From: Escherichia phage vB_EcoM-pEK20
Reading direction: 5' to 3' (one strand)
Length of the DNA: 64,000 nucleotides
Sequence record: MZ868638.1
The stretch's first letter is position 1. Every line of letters starts with the position of its first letter. Below are positions 18,082-27,937 of this stretch, one piece after another. Made by a program: the position numbers and the translations under genes. The notes beneath the pieces are model-generated. The model saw nothing but the letters and a program-made list of their open reading frames with translations, was not told the DNA's origin and did no database searches.

Positions 18082-18555
18082 ATGTTATTATCAGGCGCAA
18101 AATATAAAGAAGAAAAACAAAAATTTTATGATGCACAGAACGGTAAGTGTCCTATTTGCCACCGTGAATTAGACCCTGATGTTCAAGGTAACCATCTTGA
18201 CCACGACCACGAATTAAACGGGCCAAAAGCCGGTAGAGTTCGTGGATTACTCTGTAATCTGTGCAACGCAGCAGAAGGTCAAATGAAGCATAAGTTCAAC
18301 CGTTCCGGTCTTAAAGGACGTGATGTCGACTACCTCGAATGGCTTGAAGCTCTTCTTGCTTATTTGAAACAAGATTATTCTGATAATAATATCCATCCTA
18401 ATTTTGTTCCAGACAAAACTAAAGAGTTCTCAAGACTAGGTAAAGAGGAAATGATGGCTGAGATGCTTCAAAGAGGATTTGAATATAATGAATCTGATAC
18501 CAAAACACAATTAATAGCTTCATTCAAAAAGCAGCTTAGAAAGAGTTTAAAATGA
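18082..18555 (+). CDS. 49: Endonuclease VII (Holliday junction resolvase)
   Basis: HLDHDHELNGPKAGRVRGLLCNLCN motif and length 157 aa match T4 gp49. Confidence 0.9.
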   Translation: MLLSGAKYKEEKQKFYDAQNGKCPICHRELDPDVQGNHLDHDHELNGPKAGRVRGLLCNLCNAAEGQMKHKFNRSGLKGRDVDYLEWLEALLAYLKQDYSDNNIHPNFVPDKTKEFSRLGKEEMMAEMLQRGFEYNESDTKTQLIASFKKQLRKSLK

Positions 18556-20369
18556 AAATTGAAAAAGAAATTGAAGGATTAATTCATAAAACTAATAAAG
18601 ATCTTTTGAACGAGAATGCTAATAAAGATTCTCGTGTTTTTCCAACTCAACGGGACCTTATGGCTGGTATTGTGTCTAAGCACATTGCCAAAAATATGGT
18701 CCCGTCTTTTATTATGAAAGCACATGAAAGCGGAATTGTCCATTTCCATGATATTGATTATTCCCCTGCTCTTCCATTTACTAATTGCTGTTTAGTAGAT
18801 TTAAAAGGAATGCTTGAAAACGGGTTTAAGCTAGGTAATGCTCAAATTGAAACGCCTAAATCGATTGGTGTTGCTACTGCAATTATGGCACAAATTACCG
18901 CACAGGTTGCTTCACATCAGTACGGCGGAACGACTTTTGCTAATGTAGATAAAGTACTTTCTCCTTATGTTAAACGCACCTATGCAAAACATATTGAGGA
19001 TGCAGAAAAATGGCAAATCGCTGATGCGTTGAATTATGCCCAATCTAAAACAGAAAAAGACGTATACGATGCATTTCAAGCTTATGAGTATGAAGTAAAT
19101 ACTCTTTTTAGCTCAAACGGTCAAACGCCTTTTGTAACAATTACATTTGGTACTGGAACTGACTGGACTGAACGAATTATTCAGAAAGCAATTCTTAAAA
19201 ACCGCATTAAAGGCCTTGGTCGTGATGGAATAACTCCTATTTTCCCTAAACTTGTTATGTTCATTGAAGAGGGTGTCAATCTTTATAAAGACGACCCGAA
19301 CTATGATATTAAGCAGCTTGCTCTAGAGTGTGCAAGCAAAAGAATGTATCCTGATATTATTTCAGCTAAGAACAATAAAGCTATCACTGGTTCATCTATT
19401 CCTGTTTCTCCAATGGGTTGTCGTAGTTTCTTGAGTGTATGGAAAGATTCGACTGGAAATGAAATTCTTGATGGACGTAATAATCTTGGTGTTGTAACAC
19501 TGAATCTTCCTCGTATTGCGTTAGATTCTTATATTGGAACACAATTCAATGAACAGAAATTTGTTGAGCTATTTAATGAACGAATGGATCTGTGTTTTGA
19601 AGCCTTGATGTGTAGAATTAGTTCTTTAAAGGGTGTTAAAGCAACAGTTGCTCCTATTCTTTACCAAGAAGGTGCATTTGGGGTTCGTCTTAAACCTGAT
19701 GATGATATAATTGAGCTATTTAAAAACGGTAGAAGTTCAGTGTCTTTAGGATACATTGGTATTCACGAATTGAATATTCTTGTCGGTCGTGATATTGGAC
19801 AGGAAATTTTGACTAAAATGAATGCTCGTCTTAAGCAGTGGACTGAAAGAACCGGTTTTGCTTTTAGCTTGTATTCTACTCCTGCTGAAAACCTGTGCTA
19901 TCGCTTCTGTAAACTTGATACTGAAAAATATGGAAGTGTAAAAGATGTTACTGATAAAGGCTGGTACACTAATAGTTTCCATGTTTCAGTAGAAGAAAAT
20001 ATCACTCCGTTTGAAAAGATTTCTCGCGAAGCCCCATATCATTTCATTGCGACTGGCGGACACATTTCTTATGTTGAACTTCCTGATATGAAAAATAACC
20101 TAAAAGGTCTTGAGGCTGTCTGGGATTATGCTGCGCAACATTTAGATTATTTTGGTGTTAATATGCCAGTAGATAAATGTTTTACGTGTGGAAGTACCCA
20201 TGAAATGACTCCTACCGAAAACGGATTTGTTTGTTCTATTTGTGGAGAAACTGATCCTAAAAAGATGAACACAATAAGAAGAACTTGTGGTTATCTTGGA
20301 AATCCTAACGAACGTGGATTTAATCTCGGCAAAAATAAAGAAATCATGCATAGGGTTAAACACCAATGA
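18552..20369 (+). CDS. nrdD: Anaerobic ribonucleoside-triphosphate reductase (glycyl radical enzyme)
   Basis: 605 aa, continuous ORF, C-terminal Zn/Cys motif and glycyl-radical region RRTCGY. Confidence 0.95.
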   Translation: MKIEKEIEGLIHKTNKDLLNENANKDSRVFPTQRDLMAGIVSKHIAKNMVPSFIMKAHESGIVHFHDIDYSPALPFTNCCLVDLKGMLENGFKLGNAQIETPKSIGVATAIMAQITAQVASHQYGGTTFANVDKVLSPYVKRTYAKHIEDAEKWQIADALNYAQSKTEKDVYDAFQAYEYEVNTLFSSNGQTPFVTITFGTGTDWTERIIQKAILKNRIKGLGRDGITPIFPKLVMFIEEGVNLYKDDPNYDIKQLALECASKRMYPDIISAKNNKAITGSSIPVSPMGCRSFLSVWKDSTGNEILDGRNNLGVVTLNLPRIALDSYIGTQFNEQKFVELFNERMDLCFEALMCRISSLKGVKATVAPILYQEGAFGVRLKPDDDIIELFKNGRSSVSLGYIGIHELNILVGRDIGQEILTKMNARLKQWTERTGFAFSLYSTPAENLCYRFCKLDTEKYGSVKDVTDKGWYTNSFHVSVEENITPFEKISREAPYHFIATGGHISYVELPDMKNNLKGLEAVWDYAAQHLDYFGVNMPVDKCFTCGSTHEMTPTENGFVCSICGETDPKKMNTIRRTCGYLGNPNERGFNLGKNKEIMHRVKHQ

Positions 20370-20836
20370 ATTATGATAGATTTTATCCTTGCGATTTTGT
20401 GAATGGCCCTGGTTGCAGGGTCGTTCTTTTCGTTACAGGTTGTTTGCATAAATGCGAAGGGTGTTATAATAAATCAACATGGAATGCTAGAAATGGTATT
20501 CCATTCACAGGTGAAACACTAGAGCAATTAATTGAATGTTTGAATAATGATTATATAGAAGGATTAACTATAACTGGAGGAGACCCTCTCTATCCCGATA
20601 ACAGAGATGTTGTTCATTGCATTGCTCAAACAGTAAAAAATCTTTATCCCAATAAAAGCATTTGGTTGTGGACAGGATATAAGTTTGAAGATATTAAACA
20701 ACTAGAAATGCTTAAATATGTTGATGTTATTATTGATGGGAAGTATGAGAAAAATCTTCCGACCAAAAAACTGTGGCGAGGATCAGATAATCAGCGACTT
20801 TGGTCAAATACCGATGGGGTGTGGAAACATGATTAA
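20366..20836 (+). CDS. nrdG: Anaerobic RNR activating enzyme (radical SAM)
   Basis: Cys motif CLHKCEGC; position after nrdD. Confidence 0.9.
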   Translation: MNYDRFYPCDFVNGPGCRVVLFVTGCLHKCEGCYNKSTWNARNGIPFTGETLEQLIECLNNDYIEGLTITGGDPLYPDNRDVVHCIAQTVKNLYPNKSIWLWTGYKFEDIKQLEMLKYVDVIIDGKYEKNLPTKKLWRGSDNQRLWSNTDGVWKHD

Positions 20837-20946
20837 ATTGAATTACATTATGGATACTATAAATGATATGATTTTTCGTTTTGGTCCAGAATTTTATTCG
20901 CAGTATAGTTTGGTGTTTATCAATGCTTAGTTAATTAAGGGTAAAT

Positions 20947-21162
20947 ATGTATAAATTTCGTAAAGGTTTAGCTGATTTTCTTACAACTGTAACGTTCTTT
21001 TTGTTTATGGCAGTTGGAGCTATTTTTCTTATTCCTTTTACTGTTGTATTTTTCTTGATTAGTTTAATTTCTCCGGAAAAGGGTTTATCCTCCAGCGAAT
21101 TCAATGAACGTTTGGACAAAATTACTAATAAACTGAATTCTGTTCTTGATAAAAAGGCTTAA
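20947..21162 (+). CDS. Small membrane protein
   Basis: Hydrophobic core. Confidence 0.35.
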   Translation: MYKFRKGLADFLTTVTFFLFMAVGAIFLIPFTVVFFLISLISPEKGLSSSEFNERLDKITNKLNSVLDKKA

Positions 21163-21164
21163 TT

Positions 21165-21482
21165 ATGATTAGTTTTGAGCGGTATGTGGTAGAGAGTTGG
21201 AAAGGTTTTGATATGTTCGGTAATGACTATTATTTTTACGAATGTAATCTAAATCCTAGTTTTTGGGCTGGACGTGAACGAGATCTCGAAGAAATTAATG
21301 CTCGTGCCGAATTGTTAGGTGAACTGCCTACAGTTTATTTTACCTTTGATGAATCTGGATTTGTTATCCAGGTTTATTTTCCTGAAGAAAACTCTGGCGA
21401 GGATTCTGTTAATCCTCCTTATTGGGCTTACCAAGGAATTATTTCTCGTGGAACAAAACTCGAACTTAAAGAACAAGATTGA
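21165..21482 (+). CDS. Hypothetical protein
   Basis: ORF only. Confidence 0.4.
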   Translation: MISFERYVVESWKGFDMFGNDYYFYECNLNPSFWAGRERDLEEINARAELLGELPTVYFTFDESGFVIQVYFPEENSGEDSVNPPYWAYQGIISRGTKLELKEQD

Positions 21483-21771
21483 AATTTATGGCATCCCTGA
21501 AGAAGTAGGACGTTGTCCGGGATGTTATACTGTTACAAAACTTTTAAAGGAGCTCAATGCTCCTTATACGTTTTATAAAGTCCTCACTAATAATGGTAAG
21601 ATTGAATATGACCGTCCTTTAATCGTATCTCTTGCTAAACGTGCAGGATTCACTTCACTTAATATTCGTTATCCTGTCATATTTTTAAATGATAAGAAAC
21701 AAAAGAATATTGCAGAGTTTAAAAAGTCCTTGATTTCATTAGGATATGACTCCGATATCATAGAAGATTGA
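21478..21771 (+). CDS. nrdH: Glutaredoxin-like protein (CPGC motif), no canonical in-frame start
   Basis: IEIYGIPEEVGRCPGCYT... thioredoxin-fold; the only in-frame ATG (21319) lies in an L-rich overlap with the upstream gene; start given at ATT 21478 is a guess. Confidence 0.45.
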   Translation: MEIYGIPEEVGRCPGCYTVTKLLKELNAPYTFYKVLTNNGKIEYDRPLIVSLAKRAGFTSLNIRYPVIFLNDKKQKNIAEFKKSLISLGYDSDIIED

Positions 21772-21880
21772 CCAGGTGCCGCCTGGTCTTCTTTATCTCA
21801 TTTCTAATATAATCCATTGGAATCTTCACTTCACTATCTCCTTGTGCCCCTCTCAAATCAAAAAATATTTTCATAAAACA

Positions 21881-21909
21881 GTTTACATCCTCAATAGATG
21901 TGTTAAGAT
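21881..21909 (+). promoter_or_regulatory. T4-type early promoter
   Basis: GTTTAC 21881-21886, TAAGAT 21904-21909. Confidence 0.35.
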
Positions 21910-21937
21910 TAAACCATCTACTATAGAGGAAAATAAA

Positions 21938-22120
21938 ATGACAATTGAAGATAAAGAAATTAAGGTCGACCAGTACTATTCTGTCAACGGTAGTGCAGTA
22001 CAGATAACCAGAGTTTCAAGCCTGGATGTTTGGTACCGTTCGATCAAATATCCAGAAATTGGTGAAATGCTTTGTGACCGTGGTATCTTCTGTTCAATTG
22101 CGAAGGAAATTAAGCCATGA
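21938..22120 (+). CDS. Hypothetical protein
   Basis: Internal ATG with SD. Confidence 0.3.
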   Translation: MTIEDKEIKVDQYYSVNGSAVQITRVSSLDVWYRSIKYPEIGEMLCDRGIFCSIAKEIKP

Positions 22121-22365
22121 TTAGTTTAGATTCAAAGAAAGTTGTTCTAACCCTTAAAGTTAATGATGAGCGTCTAGTATTCGTTACCATTTCAGATTTG
22201 CATGTTGAAATTGCTAATGGCGTCCGTACTTATCAAACGTCTAAAACACAATGGGACTATATCCCAATGTTGACGCTTACTCAGCGTTTAGAATCAATCG
22301 GTCTTAAAGACCTTTCAGTAAGTGAAGTGAATTTTATCAAACGCGTTGTATCAATCAACCTCTGA
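22117..22365 (+). CDS. Hypothetical protein
   Basis: ORF only. Confidence 0.3.
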   Translation: MISLDSKKVVLTLKVNDERLVFVTISDLHVEIANGVRTYQTSKTQWDYIPMLTLTQRLESIGLKDLSVSEVNFIKRVVSINL

Positions 22366-22372
22366 GGTACTT

Positions 22373-22666
22373 ATGGGTAAAACGTATCGTCGTAAAGATT
22401 TGAAAGTTCGTGATTACGACTATTTTGGTAAACGTAAAGCTCCTGACGGTGTTAGCCACAAAGACATGGTTGAAAACATTTTCCGCTCAGATAAATGGAA
22501 ACGTATGAAAGGCGTTGATTCTGAAGTCAAGAACGAAATGAATCGACAACTCCGCAAAGAAGTTCGTAAGTTGAAAAAAGATGTTTACAGTAAAGAAGAT
22601 TATGATTATAATACTTCTCATACTGAAGCCAAACGTAAAGCTAATGAATGTTATCGTTACAGTTGA
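22373..22666 (+). CDS. Hypothetical basic protein
   Basis: Internal ATG of ORF 22346-22666. Confidence 0.3.
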   Translation: MGKTYRRKDLKVRDYDYFGKRKAPDGVSHKDMVENIFRSDKWKRMKGVDSEVKNEMNRQLRKEVRKLKKDVYSKEDYDYNTSHTEAKRKANECYRYS

Positions 22667-22673
22667 GGAAATT

Positions 22674-22808
22674 ATGAATATCAAACGAATGCTTTTTAAG
22701 CAGGGATTATATACTTTAAATGTTAATCCAAAGGGTGATACAACTAAATGGTCTGTAAATGACTGGATTAAGTTCATCGATGAAAATGGGGCGTGGAACA
22801 CAAAATGA
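22674..22808 (+). CDS. Hypothetical small protein
   Basis: ATG 22674 with GAGGAA SD. Confidence 0.3.
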   Translation: MNIKRMLFKQGLYTLNVNPKGDTTKWSVNDWIKFIDENGAWNTK

Positions 22809-23005
22809 ATCCTGAAAATATTGTGTCATGGCAACTTCGTGAAGAACGTGCCGAATTCTTTGCCAATATGAAACTCAACGGCGTTGAGGACGAAGACTTT
22901 TTACGTTGGTTCTGGATTTACAAATACAAAGAATGCCAGCACGCTGTACTACTGACTTGTGCAGCTATGTATGAAGGCTGGAAAGGCGCTAAAAAGTTCG
23001 GTTAA
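22805..23005 (+). CDS. Hypothetical protein
   Basis: ORF only. Confidence 0.3.
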   Translation: MNPENIVSWQLREERAEFFANMKLNGVEDEDFLRWFWIYKYKECQHAVLLTCAAMYEGWKGAKKFG

Positions 23006-23068
23006 TAATGTACAACGATAGGAAGACGTGTTATTATCTTCCTATCGTCTTAAAATGAGGAAAATATC

Positions 23069-23308
23069 ATGGAACAAGAATTAGACGTTATTACATCGAA
23101 AAAACGTCTTGAAGTCGTAGTGAATGGCTCAACTATTAAGTTTGTATATGACACTTTAACTGATGCTATTACCGTTAGTTGTGGTGGAAAGGCTTTTAGT
23201 CTAGATTCTACTGAAAACAAATACCCGTTCTATAAAGGTATCTTTGATATGGGTGTTGATATCAGTGTTCGTCAAGCAAACTATTTACATTATCTTATCA
23301 CGGAATAA
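23069..23308 (+). CDS. Hypothetical protein
   Basis: ORF only. Confidence 0.3.
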   Translation: MEQELDVITSKKRLEVVVNGSTIKFVYDTLTDAITVSCGGKAFSLDSTENKYPFYKGIFDMGVDISVRQANYLHYLITE

Positions 23309-23376
23309 TGCACAAACTCTTGAGAGCAGAGTATAATGCTCTCTCATTGGATAATAAAATAACCGAGGAAAATAAT

Positions 23377-23709
23377 ATGTCTACTAAAATCAAAAACGTA
23401 GTTAATTCTTTCGCTTTCGATAAAGTTGTTGCTCTTCTGGAATCCGGCAATATTGTTACTCCTCAAGTCCTTGACGCGTGGGAATTCCGTCTTTATGAAA
23501 TCATGCAAAAACACGACCAGAAAATTGGACGTAATTCTATTCGTGAAATTCTAGTACAATATATTCTTTCTGAATTTGACGTTGCTGCATTTGGTGTTGA
23601 ATCTAAAGCTTATCAGAAACATGAAATCTCTGAAAAGACTATCCGTCGTATGAAAAATCAACGTAAGAAAAAATTCGTTGACCTGAAAATTGTTAAGGCG
23701 GTAAAATGA
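23377..23709 (+). CDS. Hypothetical protein
   Basis: Internal ATG with SD; alternative start 23308. Confidence 0.3.
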   Translation: MSTKIKNVVNSFAFDKVVALLESGNIVTPQVLDAWEFRLYEIMQKHDQKIGRNSIREILVQYILSEFDVAAFGVESKAYQKHEISEKTIRRMKNQRKKKFVDLKIVKAVK

Positions 23710-23933
23710 GTGTATTAACAGAATCTTTGATTAATGACCTGCGTCTAGCTGGTTACGAAGTTGGTACAAATAGCCTAGGTCTTTCTCAGATTGAAGGGCT
23801 TGGATTTATCCTAGAATATGAATTCAAACAATGGTGGCTATATGCTACGGCTGACGATGCGTTGAATATCGATTTCGTTGACCAATTTGATTCGTTGGAT
23901 GATGCTCTTGAAGCAGCAAAGGAACTAGAATGA
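23706..23933 (+). CDS. Hypothetical acidic protein
   Basis: ORF only. Confidence 0.3.
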   Translation: MSVLTESLINDLRLAGYEVGTNSLGLSQIEGLGFILEYEFKQWWLYATADDALNIDFVDQFDSLDDALEAAKELE

Positions 23934-24199
23934 AATTAACTCGAATCAGTATAACTGAAGAAAAGCTGGGCGAATTTTATGTTGACGAATACATGAAAGT
24001 CACGTATTTTCCATTCGTTAAAGGTGTTGGTTTTTGGGAAACTCATGTATCTCAATTAAACGAAGGCGACTATAACGAAACACATGAGAACTTTTTAGAT
24101 TTTCTTTATAATGCCGGTCTTACTGAGCTTTATATCGATATCCATGAGTTCAAACGTTTAATGGAAAAAGTGTTTCAGGCTTATTGTTTGCTCCGATAG
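23930..24199 (+). CDS. Hypothetical protein
   Basis: ORF only. Confidence 0.3.
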   Translation: MKLTRISITEEKLGEFYVDEYMKVTYFPFVKGVGFWETHVSQLNEGDYNETHENFLDFLYNAGLTELYIDIHEFKRLMEKVFQAYCLLR

Positions 24200-24271
24200 T
24201 ATCTCGTGCTTTAAGATAGGTCTCTAAATATTATGATATAATAGACCTATGAATTGAGCTAAGAGGTACTT

Positions 24272-24829
24272 ATGACCGAACAAAAACCTAAAAATAACTA
24301 TGTGAATAATAAAGAGCTTCTCGCCGCTATAATCGAGTGGAAAAAGGAGCTCTTAAATAATAAAGACCCAAACAAAATTATTCGTCAGAATGATACCATC
24401 GGTTTAGCAATTATGCTTATCGCCGAAGGCCTGTCCAAACGTTTCAACTTTTCAGGATATACCCAGTCTTGGAAGCAGGAGATGATTGCAGATGGGATTG
24501 AAGCCTCTATTAAGGGACTTCATAATTTCGACGAAACTAAGTACAATAACCCACATGCATACATAACTCGAGCTTGTTTTAATGCTTTTGTCCAACGTAT
24601 CAAAAAAGAACGTAAGGAAGTTGCAAAGAAATATAGTTACTTCGTTCATAACGTCTACGACAGTCATGACGATGATATGGTAGCGTTGGTAGATGAAACG
24701 TTTATTCAAGACATCTACGATAAAATGACGCATTATGAAGAATCCGCTTATAAAGCTCCTGGGGCTGAAAAGAAGGAAGTTGTTAGCGATTCGCCTAGTT
24801 TGGATTTTTTATATGAGGATGACAATTGA
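24272..24829 (+). CDS. 55: Late transcription sigma factor gp55
   Basis: 185 aa, near-identical to T4 gp55 as recalled. Confidence 0.9.
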   Translation: MTEQKPKNNYVNNKELLAAIIEWKKELLNNKDPNKIIRQNDTIGLAIMLIAEGLSKRFNFSGYTQSWKQEMIADGIEASIKGLHNFDETKYNNPHAYITRACFNAFVQRIKKERKEVAKKYSYFVHNVYDSHDDDMVALVDETFIQDIYDKMTHYEESAYKAPGAEKKEVVSDSPSLDFLYEDDN

Positions 24830-25028
24830 CATCTCTAACTACTTAGAAGAACCTTTTGACGAAGCAATCCCTTATTTGGTAAAACTGTTGGGTCGTGAAT
24901 TTAAAATTAATTTTGACATCGACCCTTTGAACCCACATGACGTGTCATTTTCGATAAATGGGACTCCGGTTGAGTATGAGTTCTGTATTGAAGAGGATGG
25001 ACGTTTTTATTTTAATTTAATGAGATAA
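24813..25028 (+). CDS. Hypothetical protein
   Basis: Internal ATG of ORF 24735-25028. Confidence 0.3.
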   Translation: MRMTIDISNYLEEPFDEAIPYLVKLLGREFKINFDIDPLNPHDVSFSINGTPVEYEFCIEEDGRFYFNLMR

Positions 25029-25029
25029 T

Positions 25030-25353
25030 ATGACTACCGAGATTATTGAAAATAAAGAAGCAGAAGATGCAGTAGCTAAAATGCTACAAGAAATCCAAAA
25101 GAAAAATGAAGCTGAAGCACGTAAAAAATCCGAAAAGATTCTTAAAAAGAATCGTTTTGAACTAAACCGTCTTTATGCTCATGCTCAAGAAGCAGCAATT
25201 CAAAACAACTTCGAAGCTTACGAATATGCTATTAAGAAATCTCGGGATATTCTACGACAACCATATAATGACAAGTTAATTAAAATCCAGTGGATTACTA
25301 CTCGTCAGGCTATTGAGGACATCATTAATGGCGCTAGTTCAAACAAAGTTTAA
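25030..25353 (+). CDS. Hypothetical protein
   Basis: ORF only. Confidence 0.3.
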   Translation: MTTEIIENKEAEDAVAKMLQEIQKKNEAEARKKSEKILKKNRFELNRLYAHAQEAAIQNNFEAYEYAIKKSRDILRQPYNDKLIKIQWITTRQAIEDIINGASSNKV

Positions 25354-25746
25354 ACGTCTGAAGCTGAACGCAGGGTTCACCCTTAAATTGGGAGGTCCTC
25401 TTTGTGTTAAAATTTCTGAAAAGGAATATCACGACGGTTCTATTACAGAAATTTGTCCGCCTATTGTAAAGGCAGACCCAAAACAACTCGTGTGGGTTGA
25501 TTCATTTCAAGTTAAGAAATGGTGGAAACGATGAGAGAAATCGATTTAGGCATTTTCTGAGAGGTGCTTATGCATGACGAACATCCCGACTTCTGAAAAT
25601 TTCGATAAAATCCGTAAAGGCAAAGCAGAAAGAATGAGACGTTTTAAAGAGTCTTATGATAAAGCTAAAGCCGAAGGAACTATTACATACAAGCCCATTC
25701 GATTTAAAAGTTCAAATGAGCCTCTGTACGGTGTACTATGTGGATA

Positions 25747-25771
25747 GGAACTCTTCGGAGTTCCTTTTTTG
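25747..25771 (+). terminator. Rho-independent terminator (UUCG loop)
   Basis: GGAACTC-TTCG-GAGTTCC then T6. Confidence 0.6.
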
Positions 25772-25793
25772 CTTTATAAACGGATGATAGAAT
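25770..25793 (+). promoter_or_regulatory. Candidate MotA-dependent middle promoter
   Basis: TGCTTTA 25770-25776, 11-nt gap, TAGAAT 25788-25793, upstream of gene 47. Confidence 0.4.
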
Positions 25794-25816
25794 GAATTAA
25801 CTAATGAGGAAATAAT

Positions 25817-26836
25817 ATGAAAATTTTAAATTTAGGTGATTGGCATTTAGGTGTTAAAGCCGATGATGAGTGGGTTCAATCCATTCAGTTGGATGGAATT
25901 AAGCAGGCGATAGAATATTCTAAGAAAAATGGAATTACTACATGGATTCAATACGGCGATATTTTTGATGTGCGAAAAGCAATCACGCATAAAACTATGG
26001 AGTTCGCACGTGAAATAGTTCAAATGCTTGATGATGCTGGTATTACCCTACATACTGTTGTAGGAAACCATGATATGCACTTTAAAAATACTTTAACTCC
26101 AAACGCTTCTACTGAGCTTTTAGCTAAATATCCTAATGTTAAAGTATATGATAAGCCTACTACAGTAGATTTTGACGGATGTTTGATTGATTTAATTCCT
26201 TGGATGTGCGAAGAAAATACTGGTGAAATTCTTGAACATATCAAAACTTCATCTGCTTCTTTTTGTGTTGGGCACTGGGAACTGAATGGTTTTTATTTCT
26301 ATAAAGGAATGAAGTCTCATGGGCTTGAACCTGATTTTTTAAAGACCTATAAACAAGTCTGGTCCGGCCACTTCCACACAATCTCTGAAGCTGCTAACGT
26401 CAAATATATTGGGACACCATGGACCCTTACTGCAGGTGATGAAAACGACCCTCGAGGATTCTGGGTATTTGACACCGATGTTGAACGTATGGAATTTATT
26501 CCTAATGAAACAACATGGCATCGACGAATCACTTATCCGTTTAAAGGCAAAATCAATTATTCTGATTATACTAATCTAGCCGTACGTGTTATAGTATCAG
26601 AAATTGATTCAGAGTTGACTAAGTTTGAATCTGAACTTGAAAAAGTAGTTCACTCTCTTCGTATGGTTTCTAAAGTTGATAACAGTGTTGAATCTGATGA
26701 CGACCAGGAAATCGAGATTAAATCACTTCAAGATATCATTAAAGAATATATTGACGCGATTCCAGATATCTCAGACGAAGACAGAGAAGCGCTGGTCAAA
26801 TATTCCAACGAACTTTATATTGAGGCAACACAATGA
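25817..26836 (+). CDS. 47: Recombination endonuclease subunit gp47 (Mre11-like)
   Basis: Phosphoesterase motifs GDWHLG, GNHD; matches T4 gp47. Confidence 0.9.
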   Translation: MKILNLGDWHLGVKADDEWVQSIQLDGIKQAIEYSKKNGITTWIQYGDIFDVRKAITHKTMEFAREIVQMLDDAGITLHTVVGNHDMHFKNTLTPNASTELLAKYPNVKVYDKPTTVDFDGCLIDLIPWMCEENTGEILEHIKTSSASFCVGHWELNGFYFYKGMKSHGLEPDFLKTYKQVWSGHFHTISEAANVKYIGTPWTLTAGDENDPRGFWVFDTDVERMEFIPNETTWHRRITYPFKGKINYSDYTNLAVRVIVSEIDSELTKFESELEKVVHSLRMVSKVDNSVESDDDQEIEIKSLQDIIKEYIDAIPDISDEDREALVKYSNELYIEATQ

Positions 26837-27090
26837 CTTTAGATGAATTTAACAATGCTGGACTCAGGCTTGAAGTTGAAATGGACGTTAAAGATGATGA
26901 TGGATTCGAGAACACTATCAAGTATTGGATTGAGCCATTACGTGTTGAAGGCAATGAAGTTAAAGCAGTTCATGTCTGCACCGACTGGGCTATTGAATTT
27001 AGCTTTAATATAATGGACAACGATACTCCTGGCTCTATTCTTAAAATGGCTGAAGCGTGTATTGAGGACGCGTATAATGACGAAGACTGA
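26833..27090 (+). CDS. Hypothetical acidic protein
   Basis: ORF only. Confidence 0.3.
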   Translation: MTLDEFNNAGLRLEVEMDVKDDDGFENTIKYWIEPLRVEGNEVKAVHVCTDWAIEFSFNIMDNDTPGSILKMAEACIEDAYNDED

Positions 27091-27937
27091 CTATGAAACT
27101 CAAATTTATAAAATTCTTAAAACCTCCTTCCCTTCGTGGGAAGGACTTGATGAGTATTTAAACTTTATAAAAACTAATTCCACTAATAAAGTAAAAGGAC
27201 TGACTCAGGTTCACCATATACTACCAAAATCTATTTTTCCAGATTTTAAAACATGTAAATGGAACTTGTGTCATTTAAGTCATTATAACCATTTTATTGC
27301 ACATAGCATTTTGGCAAAAACTGGCAACCACAAGATGATTAACGCGCTTCAAAGAATGTATACCGGGCGATTTAATTTAAATTGTACAACGCATGAACTA
27401 AATAATATAGCCGAGGCGTATTCTTTAGAATTCGAAAATGTTTGTAAAGTTAATTCTATAAAAATGACATTATACTATTCCAATCAGGATAATAGAATTA
27501 AGATTAGTCAAGCTTTAAAAGCATGGTTTAAAAATCCGGAAAATTTAAAGAAACATAGAATTATGACAAGTTCAAAGGAATTTAAAGAAACCGTCTCTAT
27601 TATGACCCAAAAGTGGTTTAGTGACCCTATTAATAAACAAAAACATTTGGATGCTTGTCGTAAAATATCTAAAACAACCGAATATAGAGAATCATTATCG
27701 GCTGGAGTTTCACGCAGTTGGAAAAATCCTAAAGTTAGAGACACTCATTTGAAATCTAGAAGAAAAGGATATCATTGGGAAAATTTTGATATGCTTTACG
27801 TTGAATGGGTTAAAATGAACAAACCTAAATATGTAACTTTTTCTAAAAATTTAGTCAATTTAGGATATCCTATACAAAGTTCTTTACAGGCTTTAGTTTC
27901 TGAATTCATGAGGAAAAATTTAAGTGAAAACATTTAA
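27077..27937 (+). mobile_element. Free-standing HNH homing endonuclease gene (mob-like) between genes 47 and 46
   Basis: HNH motif VHHILPKS...N...L...H...H; C-terminal repeated WxNP...KH modules; overlaps GTG start of gene 46. Confidence 0.55.

Noticed and set aside
18552-20369. Looked for a group I intron or homing endonuclease interrupting nrdD, as in T4
   Set aside because: nrdD is one continuous 605-aa ORF with no internal stop or inserted ORF.
21319-21477. N-terminal extension of the nrdH-like ORF starting at ATG 21319
   Set aside because: The extension is Leu-rich, out-of-frame overlap with the well-formed upstream gene, and unlikely to be real coding sequence; the start remains unresolved.
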